A stretch of 64,000 bases of DNA from Lama guanicoe (Eukaryota). The stretch covers positions 11,025,798-11,089,797 of the forward strand of contig MU054662.1 in NCBI GenBank assembly GCA_013239625.1, given 5' to 3'. The translations under genes were made by a program, and so were the position numbers. The notes below the pieces were generated by a model. It made no database searches. It was not told the origin of the DNA and saw nothing but the letters and a program-made list of their open reading frames with translations. Within the stretch, counting starts at the first letter, position 1, and every line of letters starts with the position of its first letter. Shown here piece after piece: positions 62,290-64,000 of the stretch.

Positions 62290-64000
62290 CCATTTTTATT
62301 TAATTTTTTTCTAATGTCTCCCTTCCCTACACTTTCCCCTTTGGTTACCATTGTTTTCTATGTCCGTGAGTCTGTTCGTGGTTTGTAAATAAAATTTGTA
62401 TCATTTTTTTTAGATTCTACCTATAAGTAATATCATATGATAACTGCCTTTCTCTGCCTGACTTACTTCACTTAAGTAGGATAATCTCTCGGTCCATCCA
62501 TGTTGCTACAAATGGCATTATTTCATTCTTTTTTATGGCTGTAATATTCCACTTTGTATATATACACATAAACACACCACAGCTTCTCTACCCAGTCATC
62601 TGTCAATGGACATTTACTTTGTTTCTGTGTCTTGCCTATTGTAAATAGTGCTGCTGGTGAACATTGGGGTCCATGTGCCTTTTCGAATTATAGTTTTCTC
62701 TGGATATAAGCCCAGGAGTGGGATTGCTGGGTCATATGGCAAGTCTACTTTTAGTTTTTTAAGGAACCTCTATACTGTCCTCCAAGATGACACAAACAGA
62801 TGGAAAGATGTATCATGTTCTCAGATTGGAAGAATCATTATTTTTAAAATGTCCCTACTATCCAAGGTAATATTTACATTCCTACAACAGTGTAGGAGGG
62901 TTCCTTTTTCCCCCCAAACCCTCTCCAGTGTTTATTACTTGTAGACTTTTTAATGATGGCCATTCTGACTGGTGTGAGGTGATACCTCACTGTAGTTTTG
63001 ATTTGCATTTCTCTAATAATTAGCAATATTGAGCACCTTTTTTTCCTGTGCCATCTGGATGTCTTCTTTGGAGAAGTGTCTATTTACATCTTCTGCCCAC
63101 TTTTTGATTGGGTTGTTTTTTTTGGATATTAAGCTGTATGAGCTGTTTGTATATTTTGGAAATTAGNNNNNNNNNNNNNNNNNNNNNNNNNNNNNNNNNN
63201 NNNNNNNNNNNNNNNNNNNNNNNNNNNNNNNNNNNNNNNNNNNNNNNNNNNNNNNNNNNNNNNNNNNNNNNNNNNNNNNNNNNNNNNNNNNNNNNNNNNN
63301 NNNNNNNNNNNNNNNAGCTGGTTTGAAAAAAAAAATTGGTGCAATTTAAATCAAAGACTGTTCTGCTTATGTTTTCCTCTAGGGGATTTACGGTACCTGA
63401 TCTTACATTAGATCTTTCCATTTTGAGTTTATTTTTGTACATGGCGCCCGAGAATGCTCTAATTTCATTCTTCTCAATGGAGCTGTCCAGTTTTCCCAGC
63501 ACCACTTATTGAAGAGACTGTCTTTTCTTCATTGTATATTCTTGCCTCCTTTGTCATAGATTAATTGACCATAAGTGCGTGGGTTTATTTCTGGACTTTT
63601 CTATCCTGTTCCATTGATGTATGTGTCTGTTTATGTGCCAGTACCACACTCTTTTGATCACTGTAGCTTGGTAGCATAGTCTGAAGTCAGAGAGCATGAT
63701 TCNNNNNNNNNNNNNNNNNNNNNNNNNNNNNNNNNNNNNNNNNNNNNNNNNNNNNNNNNNNNNNNNNNNNNNNNNNNNNNNNNNNNNNNNNNNNNNNNNN
63801 NNNNNNNNNNNNNNNNNNNNNNNNNNNNNNNNGTATCTGTGTATTACCTTGAATAGTACGGACATTTTTAAAGTAATGATTCTTCCAATCTGAGAACATG
63901 ATACATCATTCCATCTGTTTATGTCGTCTTCAATTTCTGTTATCAGTGTCTCAGTTTTCAGAGTACAGGTCCTTTGCCTCCTTAGTTAGGTTTATTCTTA
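62290..64000 (-). mobile_element. L1 3' UTR and ORF2 C-terminal part (continues past the window end; N gaps 63167-63315 and 63703-63832)
   Basis: Minus-strand ORF2 peptides ([33 protein letters not shown]; [13 protein letters not shown]); T-rich 3' tail near 62293-62310. Confidence 0.95.

Overview
Mammalian genomic DNA, almost certainly camelid (camel/alpaca/llama), judged from tRNA-Ala-derived Vic-1-type SINEs and lineage-type L1 3' ends. The only supported protein-coding gene is the homeobox gene BARX2 on the + strand. Coding exons 2, 3 and 4 lie at 16411-16708, 20048-20132 and 27986-28252, with GT-AG junctions, consistent phases and an intact homeodomain plus Barx basic region. The 3' UTR ends near 28960. 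Exon 1 is upstream of the window, so 1-16410 is intron 1, and 29-64 kb is a repeat-rich downstream intergenic region (L1, L2, MIR, MaLR/ERVL LTRs, Tigger/Charlie MITEs, four N gaps inside L1s). I found no new multi-gene system. The most notable observations are: (1) an identical second 5' splice site exactly 30 nt downstream of the exon 2 donor, which would insert 10 aa in-frame into the homeodomain; (2) three separate short templated insertions into L1 copies, each matching a donor about 0.8-1.1 kb away; (3) two related ERV1-type solo LTRs packed with CCAAT and octamer motifs, one lying antisense in BARX2 intron 1; (4) several candidate enhancer motif clusters. Repeat family names come from recalled consensus sequences, not from a database search, and their boundaries are approximate.
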